A stretch of DNA of 64,000 nucleotides. It comes from an uncultured delta proteobacterium (GTDB lineage Bacteria > Myxococcota > Kuafuiibacteriia > Kuafuiibacteriales > Kuafuiibacteriaceae). Positions 35,841 through 44,397 of this stretch are shown here, in pieces. The notes under the pieces were generated by a model. It was not told where the DNA came from. It saw nothing but the letters and a program-made list of their open reading frames with translations, and ran no database searches. The stretch's first letter is position 1. Each line of letters begins with the position of its first letter. Made by a program: the position numbers and the translations under genes. The stretch spans positions 512,001 through 576,000 of the forward strand of contig CAWDML010000007.1 in assembly GCA_963803435.1 (NCBI GenBank), in the 5' to 3' direction.

Positions 35841-36479
35841 CTAGTAGAAGAGCGCCTCGGTGGTGGTGGCGACGGCGAAGCAGCTCATCGCCGCCCAGCT
35901 CTCGTCGAGCTTGGGGTCACCGACCTCCTCCATCGAGTGATAGAGCGCCTCCAGGTGCTCGATCTCGCGCGGCTCGGGGTCGCGCTGGAGGAGCTGCTGG
36001 TAGAGCTTGGTGGTCGAGGCCGCCCGATCGGCGCCGAAGATCCGGGCCGAGGCGGGCGCCGCCAGGTCTTCGCGGGCCCGCCGGGTGCACGCGGACAGCG
36101 CCACCCGCTCCACGGCGATCGGCGACGACACCACGGTGTTGTCGAGCGGCTCGATGATCCCGGTCTGGTACGGCTCGACGTCGAGCAGCGAGATCCGGTG
36201 CACCATGGAGACGCAGTCGTAGAGCCCGAGCTCCTTGCAGAGCACATCCTTCGCGATGCCGAGGCCGGTCGACAGCAGCGTCGCGTAGACCGGCCCGCCC
36301 TTGAAGCGAAGGCGGGCCTTGCTCGACTCCACCACCGGCGGGAGGCCGTCCGGGTCGACGCCGCCGTCGGGATCCGAGCCGACCACACCGCCGTCCGGAG
36401 ACGTGACTGCGGTGCCTCTGGCGGTGCAGCCGATCAGAAGAGCAAGAAGACTTGCAGCGAGGATCTCTTTACGGAACAC
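35841..36479 (-). CDS. Hypothetical lipoprotein
   Basis: Lipobox LIGC; LCKELG..DC...H motif; C-terminal CFAVATTTEALFY; in an operon with its neighbours. Confidence 0.75.
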   Translation of the reverse strand: MFRKEILAASLLALLIGCTARGTAVTSPDGGVVGSDPDGGVDPDGLPPVVESSKARLRFKGGPVYATLLSTGLGIAKDVLCKELGLYDCVSMVHRISLLDVEPYQTGIIEPLDNTVVSSPIAVERVALSACTRRAREDLAAPASARIFGADRAASTTKLYQQLLQRDPEPREIEHLEALYHSMEEVGDPKLDESWAAMSCFAVATTTEALFY

Positions 36480-37896
36480 CGTACGCCTCCGTCATGATCA
36501 GGTCGTGGAGCATCCGCTCGACGCCGTACTGGTGGTCGCTCTTGAAGCTCGTCCAGAGCTGCTCGAACTCGGCCATCTCGGTGGGACGCGGCGGCTCACC
36601 CAACAGGTGACGCCAGTAGTCGAGCACCGTCGCCTGCGCGAACTGATCGCTGTCCGCGGCGACCTGCGCCCACTCGTTCAGGTTGGCGACCGTCCGCCCG
36701 AAGATGACACCGGCCTCCGGGGTCTGCCGCAGCGGATCGCTGGCTCCGTCCGCCAGGTTGTTCATCCGGTTCGGGACGTACGAGAACGGGGTCCCGCCGT
36801 TGAACCCGGAGTAGCGGGTGAAGGGGTACGTCAGCGGATCGAGCGTCGCGTGGCAGCGGGCGCACAGCGGCTGGGTCACGCCCTTCCGGTCGTAGTCGAC
36901 CGGCTCGCCGTCGACGGAGGCGAGGCCCTCGCTTCGCGCGATGTCGAGGCCGAGATAGGCCCGGTAGGCCTGGGCCGCCGTGGTCCGCGGAACGGCCGTG
37001 AACATGGTGTTGAGCACGAAGTTCCAGCGGGTAGTGAGCATGCCGGAGCGACGGTCGGGGACCACCAGCTGCGCGACGTCGAAGCCCCGCTGGTTGACCT
37101 CCTCGAGCGGCGTCGACATGTACGGCTGGTAGCTGGTCGGCCCGGTCCGGCGGACGAAGTACTTCGCCGTCAGGACCTCGCGGGCGTCGTGGTTGTCGAT
37201 CTGCGTCCAGACGAAGAGCGCGTAGTCGTCGTCGTAGTCTCCGAGCGGGATGTCGCCCGCGCCCTCGCCCGACTTGATCGACTGTACCGGTTTGATCTTC
37301 CGGTGCGCGATCCGATAGAGCGCGCCGTCCTTGCCGAGCCAGGCTTCGCTATCGAGGCAGCGATCGAGCGTGGCGTGGATCTCGGCGATGGGATCCGCCA
37401 ACCCTGCGAACGACTTCAGCTGATCGTAGGTCACGGTATCGCCGCAGAAGTCGACGTGCACCTTCTCGAAGACGTAGCGCGCGTCCCAGCGGCAGACGTC
37501 ATAGCCGGCGTTCGCCTCGCTCGAGGCGGGGCAGCCCGCCTTCCCCGGGATGCTCTTCGGATCGGCGGGATAGGTACCGCCGGTGATCTCGTCGAGGTTC
37601 GTGAAACCGTCGCCGTCGGAGTCGAGACCCTCCACCGCGTGAAGGGCGGCAGGGAGGCCCTCGGCGTAGAGCGCGTCCGAGAGGGGGCGCGGCGTGCCGG
37701 GGAGGAGCTCGGCCTCCACCGAGCGCCCGAAGGCGTTACGGGCAGGGGGCGTGGTGTGGCAGAAGGTGCACGCAGGTTGCCCACCCAAGCACACCGGTGC
37801 GTCGGGGTACTCGCCGCAGAGCACGGTCGGTCCGATCGGCTTGGCGAGGGCCGATCCGCTCCACAAGAGCCCGCAGAGCGTGAGCAGCTTTCTCAT
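36469..37896 (-). CDS. Exported putative di-heme c-type cytochrome (DUF1588/DUF1585-like C-terminus)
   Basis: Signal peptide; CTFCH and CARCH heme motifs; DSDGDGFTNLDE Ca-binding-like loop; CARCHATLDPL. Confidence 0.7.
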   Translation of the reverse strand: MRKLLTLCGLLWSGSALAKPIGPTVLCGEYPDAPVCLGGQPACTFCHTTPPARNAFGRSVEAELLPGTPRPLSDALYAEGLPAALHAVEGLDSDGDGFTNLDEITGGTYPADPKSIPGKAGCPASSEANAGYDVCRWDARYVFEKVHVDFCGDTVTYDQLKSFAGLADPIAEIHATLDRCLDSEAWLGKDGALYRIAHRKIKPVQSIKSGEGAGDIPLGDYDDDYALFVWTQIDNHDAREVLTAKYFVRRTGPTSYQPYMSTPLEEVNQRGFDVAQLVVPDRRSGMLTTRWNFVLNTMFTAVPRTTAAQAYRAYLGLDIARSEGLASVDGEPVDYDRKGVTQPLCARCHATLDPLTYPFTRYSGFNGGTPFSYVPNRMNNLADGASDPLRQTPEAGVIFGRTVANLNEWAQVAADSDQFAQATVLDYWRHLLGEPPRPTEMAEFEQLWTSFKSDHQYGVERMLHDLIMTEAYGVP

Positions 37897-37927
37897 GTGT
37901 GGTGGGACCCGGGCGGGTCCCCGCGCC

Positions 37928-37962
37928 TGCCAGGAAAAAGGCGCCTGCGGGCGATCACATGG
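37928..37962 (+). promoter_or_regulatory. Putative ECF-dependent promoter (autoregulatory)
   Basis: TGCCAGGAAAA-N13-CGATCACATGG upstream of the ECF gene; a matching copy sits on the minus strand. Confidence 0.55.
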
Positions 37963-37978
37963 TCTCGGCCGGGCGCAA

Positions 37979-38013
37979 CCATCCGGTCGATCGCGTGTTG
38001 GCTTTTCCTGGCA
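37979..38013 (-). promoter_or_regulatory. Putative ECF-dependent promoter for the divergent cytochrome/DUF1501 operon
   Basis: Minus strand reads TGCCAGGAAAA-N13-CGACCGGATGG. Confidence 0.55.
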
Positions 38014-38050
38014 GATCTTCGGTGGAGGTCCGGTCTATGAGGAAGAAACC

Positions 38051-38560
38051 GTGTCGTCGCTGACGATCGAGGACATTGAGCGCCTGTACCATCGTTACGG
38101 GCCCAACGTGCTCCATCGCTGTCGACAGCTGCTCAGAGAAGAGCAGGCGGCGTGGGATGCGATGCACCAGACGTTCGTCAAAGCGATCAAGTACCGGCGA
38201 TCCTTCCGGGGCGATGCCGAGCCGATGACGTGGCTCTTCTCGATCGCGACGCGCGTCTGCCTCGACGATCTCCGGGCGAGGAGCCGCGGCGCGTTGCCCG
38301 ACGTCGACACGCCGGAGCCGTCGGACGAGGATCAGGCCGCTCGATCGATGGAAGACCGGCTGCATCAGCGACAGACGGTGGCGAAGCTCCTGCACTGCTT
38401 CAGCGGGAAGGTGCAGGAGATCGTCGTGCTCCGCTACTTCGACGAGCTCGAGGTCAAGGAGATCTCGGAGCAGACCGGATTGTCGGAGCGAACCGTGGCT
38501 CGACGGTTGAGCCACTTCCTGCAGCGCTCGAAGCGGCTGCTCGCGGATGCTCAGGCATGA
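38051..38560 (+). CDS. ECF RNA polymerase sigma factor
   Basis: Region 2 (AWDAMHQTFVKA...FRGDAEPMTWLFSIATRVCLD) and region 4 (EISEQTGLSERTVARRL). Confidence 0.93.
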   Translation: MSSLTIEDIERLYHRYGPNVLHRCRQLLREEQAAWDAMHQTFVKAIKYRRSFRGDAEPMTWLFSIATRVCLDDLRARSRGALPDVDTPEPSDEDQAARSMEDRLHQRQTVAKLLHCFSGKVQEIVVLRYFDELEVKEISEQTGLSERTVARRLSHFLQRSKRLLADAQA

Positions 38561-39285
38561 CCACCGAGAAGAACTACACCCCCTCCGAGCTGGAGCGCTA
38601 TCTGGTCGGCGAGCTCGACGACGCCCGAAGGGCCGCGATCGAACAGGCGGCAGCGGAGGATCCGGAGTTGAAGACGTGGATCGATCAGAGGCGGGCGGAG
38701 CAGCACGCGTTCCTGGTCGATCCGCGGCGGAAGACCTTCGCGAAGCTGCTGGCGGAGGCGAACGAGCCCAAGGTTCGCGTGCGCTGGTGGACGGGGCTCT
38801 CGGTGGTGGCGGTGGCCGCGGCGGCGGCGATCCTGTTCGTACGACCGCCGGCGGAGCAACCCACCGGGGTCCGGACCAAGGGCGGCATGTCGCTGCAGGC
38901 GGCGGTGCTCGACGGCGACCAGCTCCAGCTCTTCGAGGGCGAGCGCCTCCATCCCGGCAGCCGCCTGCGGCTCTCCGTCGACGATCCCCGGGGCGGCTTC
39001 GTGACGGTGATCCTCGAGGAGGCCTCCGGCGGGATCTCGGTGCTGTACGGCCCCGACGAGCTGGGCCGGCTGGGCCCGGGGACGCACCGGCTCCCCGGCA
39101 GCCTCGAGCTCGACGGCACGCTCGGGCGCGAGCGGCTCTACGTGCTCATGTCGGACGACCAGCCGAAGGTCGACGTCTGGGTGAAGGAGCTCGAATCGGC
39201 CCACCGTAAGACGGGCTTTCTTCACGGCTGGTTGCCCGAGGGGACGACGCGCGTCTCGACGCTGGAGTACGAGAAGATCGAGTGA
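38557..39285 (+). CDS. Putative membrane anti-sigma factor with DUF4384/ActD-like exported domain
   Basis: ATGA overlap with the ECF gene; LERYLVGEL anti-sigma-like start; TM helix; VRTKG motif; LPGSLELD..GRERL. Confidence 0.75.
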   Translation: MTTEKNYTPSELERYLVGELDDARRAAIEQAAAEDPELKTWIDQRRAEQHAFLVDPRRKTFAKLLAEANEPKVRVRWWTGLSVVAVAAAAAILFVRPPAEQPTGVRTKGGMSLQAAVLDGDQLQLFEGERLHPGSRLRLSVDDPRGGFVTVILEEASGGISVLYGPDELGRLGPGTHRLPGSLELDGTLGRERLYVLMSDDQPKVDVWVKELESAHRKTGFLHGWLPEGTTRVSTLEYEKIE

Positions 39286-40871
39286 TCCGCGCCGGCGTCA
39301 TCGCGCTCGTCTTCGTGCTGCTCCAGCTCCCAGCCGGGGCTCGGGCCGACACGCGCTTCGCCCTGATCGTCGGCAACAACCTCGGCGACATCCACGAGAC
39401 CCCGCTGCGCTGGGCCGAGAGCGACGCCACGCGCGTCGAGCGGGTGCTCTCCGAGATCGGCGACGTCAGCACCGACCGCACCACGCTCCTCCTCTCGCCC
39501 ACGATCGCCGACTTCGAGAAGGCGCGACTGACGATGGAGGGCCGGCTCCTCGAGGCCAAGCACCGCGGCGAGCGCACGATCTTCATCTTCTACTTCTCCG
39601 GGCACGCCGATCAGGACGAGCTCCACTTCGGTTCGGAGAAGCTGCCTCTGGCCAAGCTGGAGGCGGACCTCAAGGCGAGCGCCGCCACCACGGTCTTGAA
39701 CGTGATCGACGCCTGCCGCAACAATCGCAACCCGCGCATGCTGGCGAAGGGCGCCACGCGCGCGCCCGCGTTCAGCTGGCCCAGCGAGGGCCCGTCGGCG
39801 CCCGAGGGCTACGTGCGCCTGACCTCGGCGGCCGAGGGCGAGGTGGCGCAGGAGTCCGACGACGTCCAGGGATCGCTGTTCACCCACCACCTCCTCTCGG
39901 GCATGCGGGGCAGCGCCAACTATGATCACGACGGCACCGTCACGCTCCACGAGCTCTACGTCTACGGCTACTCGCGCACGCTCGAGGACACGCACCTCCG
40001 TACCACCGCGGTGCAGCACAGCGAGCTCTCCGAGGCGCTCTCCGGCCGCGGCGCGCTGATCGTGACCTACCCGCGCCGCGCGATCTCGACGATCGAGTTC
40101 GGCCCCGACGTCCAGGGCCACCTCCTGATCATCGACGACGCCAGCGGCCGCATCGTCGCCGAGGTGCTCCGGGACGGCCCGCAGCCCACCCGCCTGGCGG
40201 TGCCTCCGGGCAAGTATCGGATCCAGCTGCGCGGCGAGGATCAGATCCGGAGCGGCCTGGTCTCGCTCGGCAGCGGCAACCGCACGGTCGCCGTGGGAGA
40301 GCTGTCGGTGCAGCCGGTGATCGCGGTGCTGGAGAAGGGCTCGGCCTACGATCCCCATCCGTTCGTCCTGAGCGCCGGCAGCGCCGTGGGGACCGCGCTG
40401 GTCGACGGGTTCGGGGTCGCGCCGGGCCTGGCCCTCGGCTTCGACTACCGCCTCACCTCGGCCTTCCGCGTCGGGTTCCGGATCGAGGCCGCCTACGCGC
40501 GCGCGGACAACGAGCTCTGGCGCTACCGGCAGGTGGAGCTGGGCGCCGCCTTCGCGCTCGACTGGGCGGGCTTCTTCGCGGAGCGGGCCGCCTTCATCAT
40601 CGGGCTGCGCGGGGGCGTCGCGGGCGTGGTCCAGGGCGGCAATCGCAAGGACGCCGACCGGCTCCGCGCCGGACAAATCGACGGGACCACCAGCTCGGAT
40701 CGGACCTTCGGGCCCAAGCTGGGCGCCGTCGTCGGGTTCGAGTACCACCCCTTCGCGCAGGTCGGCGTGCGCTTGGAGGGCGAACCATCCGTCTGGTGGC
40801 TGCCCACCGACGGCGCGAGCTCGGCGCGCTTCGGGATCACCGGAACACTGTCCCTGTTGGTGCGGATATGA
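39282..40871 (+). CDS. Exported caspase-family (peptidase C14) protein with beta-barrel-like C-terminus
   Basis: Signal peptide (ARA-D); RFALIVGNN, catalytic FYFSGHAD and VIDACR; alternating amphipathic beta-strands at the C-terminus. Confidence 0.88.
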   Translation: MIRAGVIALVFVLLQLPAGARADTRFALIVGNNLGDIHETPLRWAESDATRVERVLSEIGDVSTDRTTLLLSPTIADFEKARLTMEGRLLEAKHRGERTIFIFYFSGHADQDELHFGSEKLPLAKLEADLKASAATTVLNVIDACRNNRNPRMLAKGATRAPAFSWPSEGPSAPEGYVRLTSAAEGEVAQESDDVQGSLFTHHLLSGMRGSANYDHDGTVTLHELYVYGYSRTLEDTHLRTTAVQHSELSEALSGRGALIVTYPRRAISTIEFGPDVQGHLLIIDDASGRIVAEVLRDGPQPTRLAVPPGKYRIQLRGEDQIRSGLVSLGSGNRTVAVGELSVQPVIAVLEKGSAYDPHPFVLSAGSAVGTALVDGFGVAPGLALGFDYRLTSAFRVGFRIEAAYARADNELWRYRQVELGAAFALDWAGFFAERAAFIIGLRGGVAGVVQGGNRKDADRLRAGQIDGTTSSDRTFGPKLGAVVGFEYHPFAQVGVRLEGEPSVWWLPTDGASSARFGITGTLSLLVRI

Positions 40872-41752
40872 GAGCGGCCTGGCTCTTCATCTTGATCCTG
40901 ACCGGCTGCGGCGACGTCCGCTCCAGCGGCAACCTCGGCAATCCCATCTGGGTCATGCACGGCGACCTTCAGGGCGTCGCGCTCGGCCGGCCCGAGGGCG
41001 AGCACCGGGCGCTCTTCGGCTGGCTCTCGTTCGGCGAGGGCGACCTCTTCGACTGCCTCGAGCAGACCAGCTTCCTCCTCTGCGGCCTGCGGACCAGCTA
41101 CCAGTACCAGCTCCAGCTCGAAGACGCCGAGGTGCTCCCGGTCTTCCCGAACGGGCTCGACGTCCCCTTCTATCGGCTGCCCCGGGAGGACGAGCTCCTC
41201 TCCCGCGACGGCGCCGTGATGGCCGTCGGCGGCATCGGGATCTACGACGACCGCAACCTCAACGGCGAGCTCGATCCGATCACCTCGTCCGACCCGATCG
41301 ATCGCGTGGTCGCCGAGTCGGTCACGCCCCCCAACGTCCGAAGCCTGGCGATCTATCGCGAAGGCCCGATCCACCCCGTCTGGTTCCCCTTCCGCGACGC
41401 CTACGGTTGCCCGGATCCTCCGCTCGGCTTCTCCGTGGGCCGCGTCGACGTGGATGCGGAGGGCAAGCTCGCCTGCAACGTGTCGCGATCGACGCGCCTG
41501 CTGGTCACCGCCAGCAACGACGATCAGACGGCGCGGATCCGCTGCGGCTTCGGCACCGGACCGCTCAACGCGGTGGTGAAGTCGACGGACCCGATGCCGC
41601 TGCCCGACAACGCGGTCGTCGATTGCCTGGGACCGAACCGGATGGAGTTCTACCTGGACCAGGGGAGCTTCTGCGATCAGTTCGACACCAGCACCTACGT
41701 GCTGAAGGGGCCCCAGATCGAGGATCCGCCCGCATGGTGGCCGTGCAAGTGA
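40868..41752 (+). CDS. Hypothetical lipoprotein
   Basis: ATGA overlap; lipobox LTGC; YDDRNLNGELD loop; ends PAWWPCK. Confidence 0.75.
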   Translation: MRAAWLFILILTGCGDVRSSGNLGNPIWVMHGDLQGVALGRPEGEHRALFGWLSFGEGDLFDCLEQTSFLLCGLRTSYQYQLQLEDAEVLPVFPNGLDVPFYRLPREDELLSRDGAVMAVGGIGIYDDRNLNGELDPITSSDPIDRVVAESVTPPNVRSLAIYREGPIHPVWFPFRDAYGCPDPPLGFSVGRVDVDAEGKLACNVSRSTRLLVTASNDDQTARIRCGFGTGPLNAVVKSTDPMPLPDNAVVDCLGPNRMEFYLDQGSFCDQFDTSTYVLKGPQIEDPPAWWPCK

Positions 41753-41856
41753 AGACGCCGAGCGAGAGAATTCACGCCCGTCGATGGTCTGTGACTCCGA
41801 GGTGACACCGTGCGGCCGGTGCGCCTTCCCGTTGCCAACGCACCGCGCCGGCCGCT

Positions 41857-43248
41857 ATGGCCGCGGGGTTGCGTTCGCTCCTCTGCACGCTGGCCCTCTT
41901 GGGTCTGGCCGGTTGCGGTCCAGGCTCGGATCGCGACGCGCGCGCCGCCTGGCTGCAGACCACGCTGATCGCCGACAACCTGGATCTCCTCGAGCGCGAC
42001 CCGGATCTGGTCGCCGAGAAGCTCGCGAAGATGTCGACCGGTCCCTACGCGTTCTTTCGCGCCACGGCCGGGCAGTTCGTCCGCGACCAGGCGCTCGTGC
42101 GGTTCGCGCCCGTCGAGGATGATGCCGGCGCGGCCAGCGCGGCCGTGATGCTGATCGGCGATCCGCACCTCGAGAACATCGGCTCGTTCCGGTCGAGCGA
42201 CGGGCGGGTCACGCTCGACTTCAACGACTTCGACGCCGCCCGCTTCGGGCCGTGGCACTTCGACCTGCGGCGGCTGGCCCTCGCTTTCTACGCGCTGGCG
42301 CTGGAGGACGACGGTCTGTCGGAGCTCGTCGAGCGCACGACGTCGGCGCTGGCGGGCGGATACGCCGAGGAGATCGCGGCCCTCGACGGCGGCGCGCCCC
42401 GATCCCCGATCGTCCGCGGGTCCGGAGCCGGCGCCATCGTGGAGGACGTCTTCCGGCGCGCGCAGCGGGACGGCGCCGCGGACGCGCCCCTCGACGAGTA
42501 TGCGCCGGAGCGGACGGCGCTGGCGCGCGGCGTGATCCAGCCGCGCCTCGACCAGCGATTCCGCGAGGACGAGCTCGCCGACGTCTCGCAAGAGGAGCGG
42601 TCGCTGATCGAGCACCTCCTGGCCGGATACTCGCCGGAGCTGTCGGCCGGTGTCCTCGACGTGGCGCGCCAGCTCGGTCAGGGCGTCGCGAGCTATCCAC
42701 TGCTCCGCTACCTGGTGCTGCTGGCGCCCGAGAACGCCGGCCAACTCCTCTTCGAGCTCAAGGAGGAGCGCGATGCGTTCGACCTCCGCGCGCCCCAGTT
42801 TCCGCCGCGCGCCTTCGAGCACAACGCCGAGCGCACAATCGTGATCGAGCGGCGTCTCTCGACCGCCAATCCGGATCCCCTGACCGGGTTCGCCGCGGCG
42901 GGTGCGTTCAGCTTCCGCGGGCGGCGGGTCGACGGTTATCAGAAGAGCGTGCGGACGGCGCGCATCGAGGAGCTCCTCGCCTCCGGCGAATTCTCCACCG
43001 GCGACGTGGTCGCGTTCGCCCGAACCGCCGGCCGTCTGCTCGCCGCCTCCCACGCCGGTGGGACCACCGCCGGAGGACAGCCCGCGCTGCCGGCGATCGC
43101 CGCCGCCATCGACGGAGGAAGCGACGCGCTCGCCGCCGAGCTCGACGCGTTCATCGCCGCGTACGGGCCGCGCTTCGCGCTGGACTACCAGCTCTATCTC
43201 GAGCTCCTCGATCGGGAGGGCCCGCGCCTCGGGTTCCGCGGCCGATGA
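41857..43248 (+). CDS. DUF2252 family (kinase-like) lipoprotein
   Basis: KM..GPYAFFRATA, GDPHLENIG, DFNDFD, FDLRRLA and FELKE motifs; lipobox LAGC. May start at TTG 41869. Confidence 0.85.
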   Translation: MAAGLRSLLCTLALLGLAGCGPGSDRDARAAWLQTTLIADNLDLLERDPDLVAEKLAKMSTGPYAFFRATAGQFVRDQALVRFAPVEDDAGAASAAVMLIGDPHLENIGSFRSSDGRVTLDFNDFDAARFGPWHFDLRRLALAFYALALEDDGLSELVERTTSALAGGYAEEIAALDGGAPRSPIVRGSGAGAIVEDVFRRAQRDGAADAPLDEYAPERTALARGVIQPRLDQRFREDELADVSQEERSLIEHLLAGYSPELSAGVLDVARQLGQGVASYPLLRYLVLLAPENAGQLLFELKEERDAFDLRAPQFPPRAFEHNAERTIVIERRLSTANPDPLTGFAAAGAFSFRGRRVDGYQKSVRTARIEELLASGEFSTGDVVAFARTAGRLLAASHAGGTTAGGQPALPAIAAAIDGGSDALAAELDAFIAAYGPRFALDYQLYLELLDREGPRLGFRGR

Positions 43249-44390
43249 GAGCGACGATCACCGTCTCCTTCTCGGTCCTGGCGACGGGGTTCGCGCCCTC
43301 CGCCCTCGCCTACGCACCGCCGCTGGTGTCCCCCGCGGGCGGCTGTGAGCGCGCCTCGGATCGCCCGCGGGAGGACGCGCTCGCACTGATCGCTTTCGGA
43401 GAGCTCGACGCCGCCGGCAATCTCGCGTTCGGCGGCGGACAGTCCTTCGACGAGCTCCGCCTCGATCGCACCGAGGTGGGCGGCTGCGCGCTCTTCCCGA
43501 GCTACGGTGGGATCGTCGCCGACATCGAGGCGATCCGATCCGCCGATCCGGAGAGCCTGTTCGGCATCGCCGGCGACTCGCTGGTGCTGCGCCTCAAGTA
43601 CGCGTTCGCGTTCGTCCGCGTGGAGCCCGGCTACGGCATCCTCCAGCTCGAGGGCGGTCTGATCCCGGATCTCTGGGTCCGAACGATCGAGGAGCGGTAC
43701 GACCTGCGGGGCGTGACGCGCCTGCTGGTGGAGCGCGCCGAGCTCTTCGACGTCAGCGACCTGGGCGCATCGCTCCTCTACGCCTTCTTCGACGACCGCT
43801 TCCGCGTCCGCGCCGCGATTACGAACGGTGAGGGTCTCGCGCAGATCGAGCAGAACAAGGGCAAGGATCTGACGTTCGTCGGGAGCGCCGACGTGCTGCA
43901 CTTCGACCTGCTCGACGCGCCCGCGACGCTCGCGATCCACGGCGGTTATCGTGACGGATCGATCGGCGCAGGGAGCGGCCGCAACCACCGTGCCTTCGGG
44001 GCCGTCACGTTCGATCATCCGCGCTTCTACGCCACCGCCGAGTACACCGAGGCCTTCGGCTTCCGCGATCGCCCGGAGCTTCGCGCACGTGCCGTGGGCG
44101 CCGCCGTCAGCGCCTCCCTGATCGTCCCCTACCTCGGCGTCTTCGGCCGGTTCGACGCCCTCGATCCGGATCTCTCCCAAGCCGACGACGACGAGCTCAC
44201 CGTCGAGGGCGGGTTGCTCTTCGACCTCTTCCCCGGCGGGCCCGGCGCCGCCTACCGCTTGCGCCTGTACCTCGGCTACCGCCGAAACTTCCTCGGCCAG
44301 GCCGCCGGGCCGATCCCGGGCGCGCCCGACGCCGCCGAGCTCAACCACGTCTTCGCCAGCCTCGAGGCCTCGATCTTCGCACGCCCGTGA
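43245..44390 (+). CDS. Putative outer-membrane porin (beta-barrel; phosphate-porin-like)
   Basis: Signal peptide (ALA-Y); LKYAF and ITNGEG...EQNKGKD motifs; amphipathic strands. Confidence 0.65.
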   Translation: MRATITVSFSVLATGFAPSALAYAPPLVSPAGGCERASDRPREDALALIAFGELDAAGNLAFGGGQSFDELRLDRTEVGGCALFPSYGGIVADIEAIRSADPESLFGIAGDSLVLRLKYAFAFVRVEPGYGILQLEGGLIPDLWVRTIEERYDLRGVTRLLVERAELFDVSDLGASLLYAFFDDRFRVRAAITNGEGLAQIEQNKGKDLTFVGSADVLHFDLLDAPATLAIHGGYRDGSIGAGSGRNHRAFGAVTFDHPRFYATAEYTEAFGFRDRPELRARAVGAAVSASLIVPYLGVFGRFDALDPDLSQADDDELTVEGGLLFDLFPGGPGAAYRLRLYLGYRRNFLGQAAGPIPGAPDAAELNHVFASLEASIFARP

Positions 44391-44397
44391 AGGAGGA

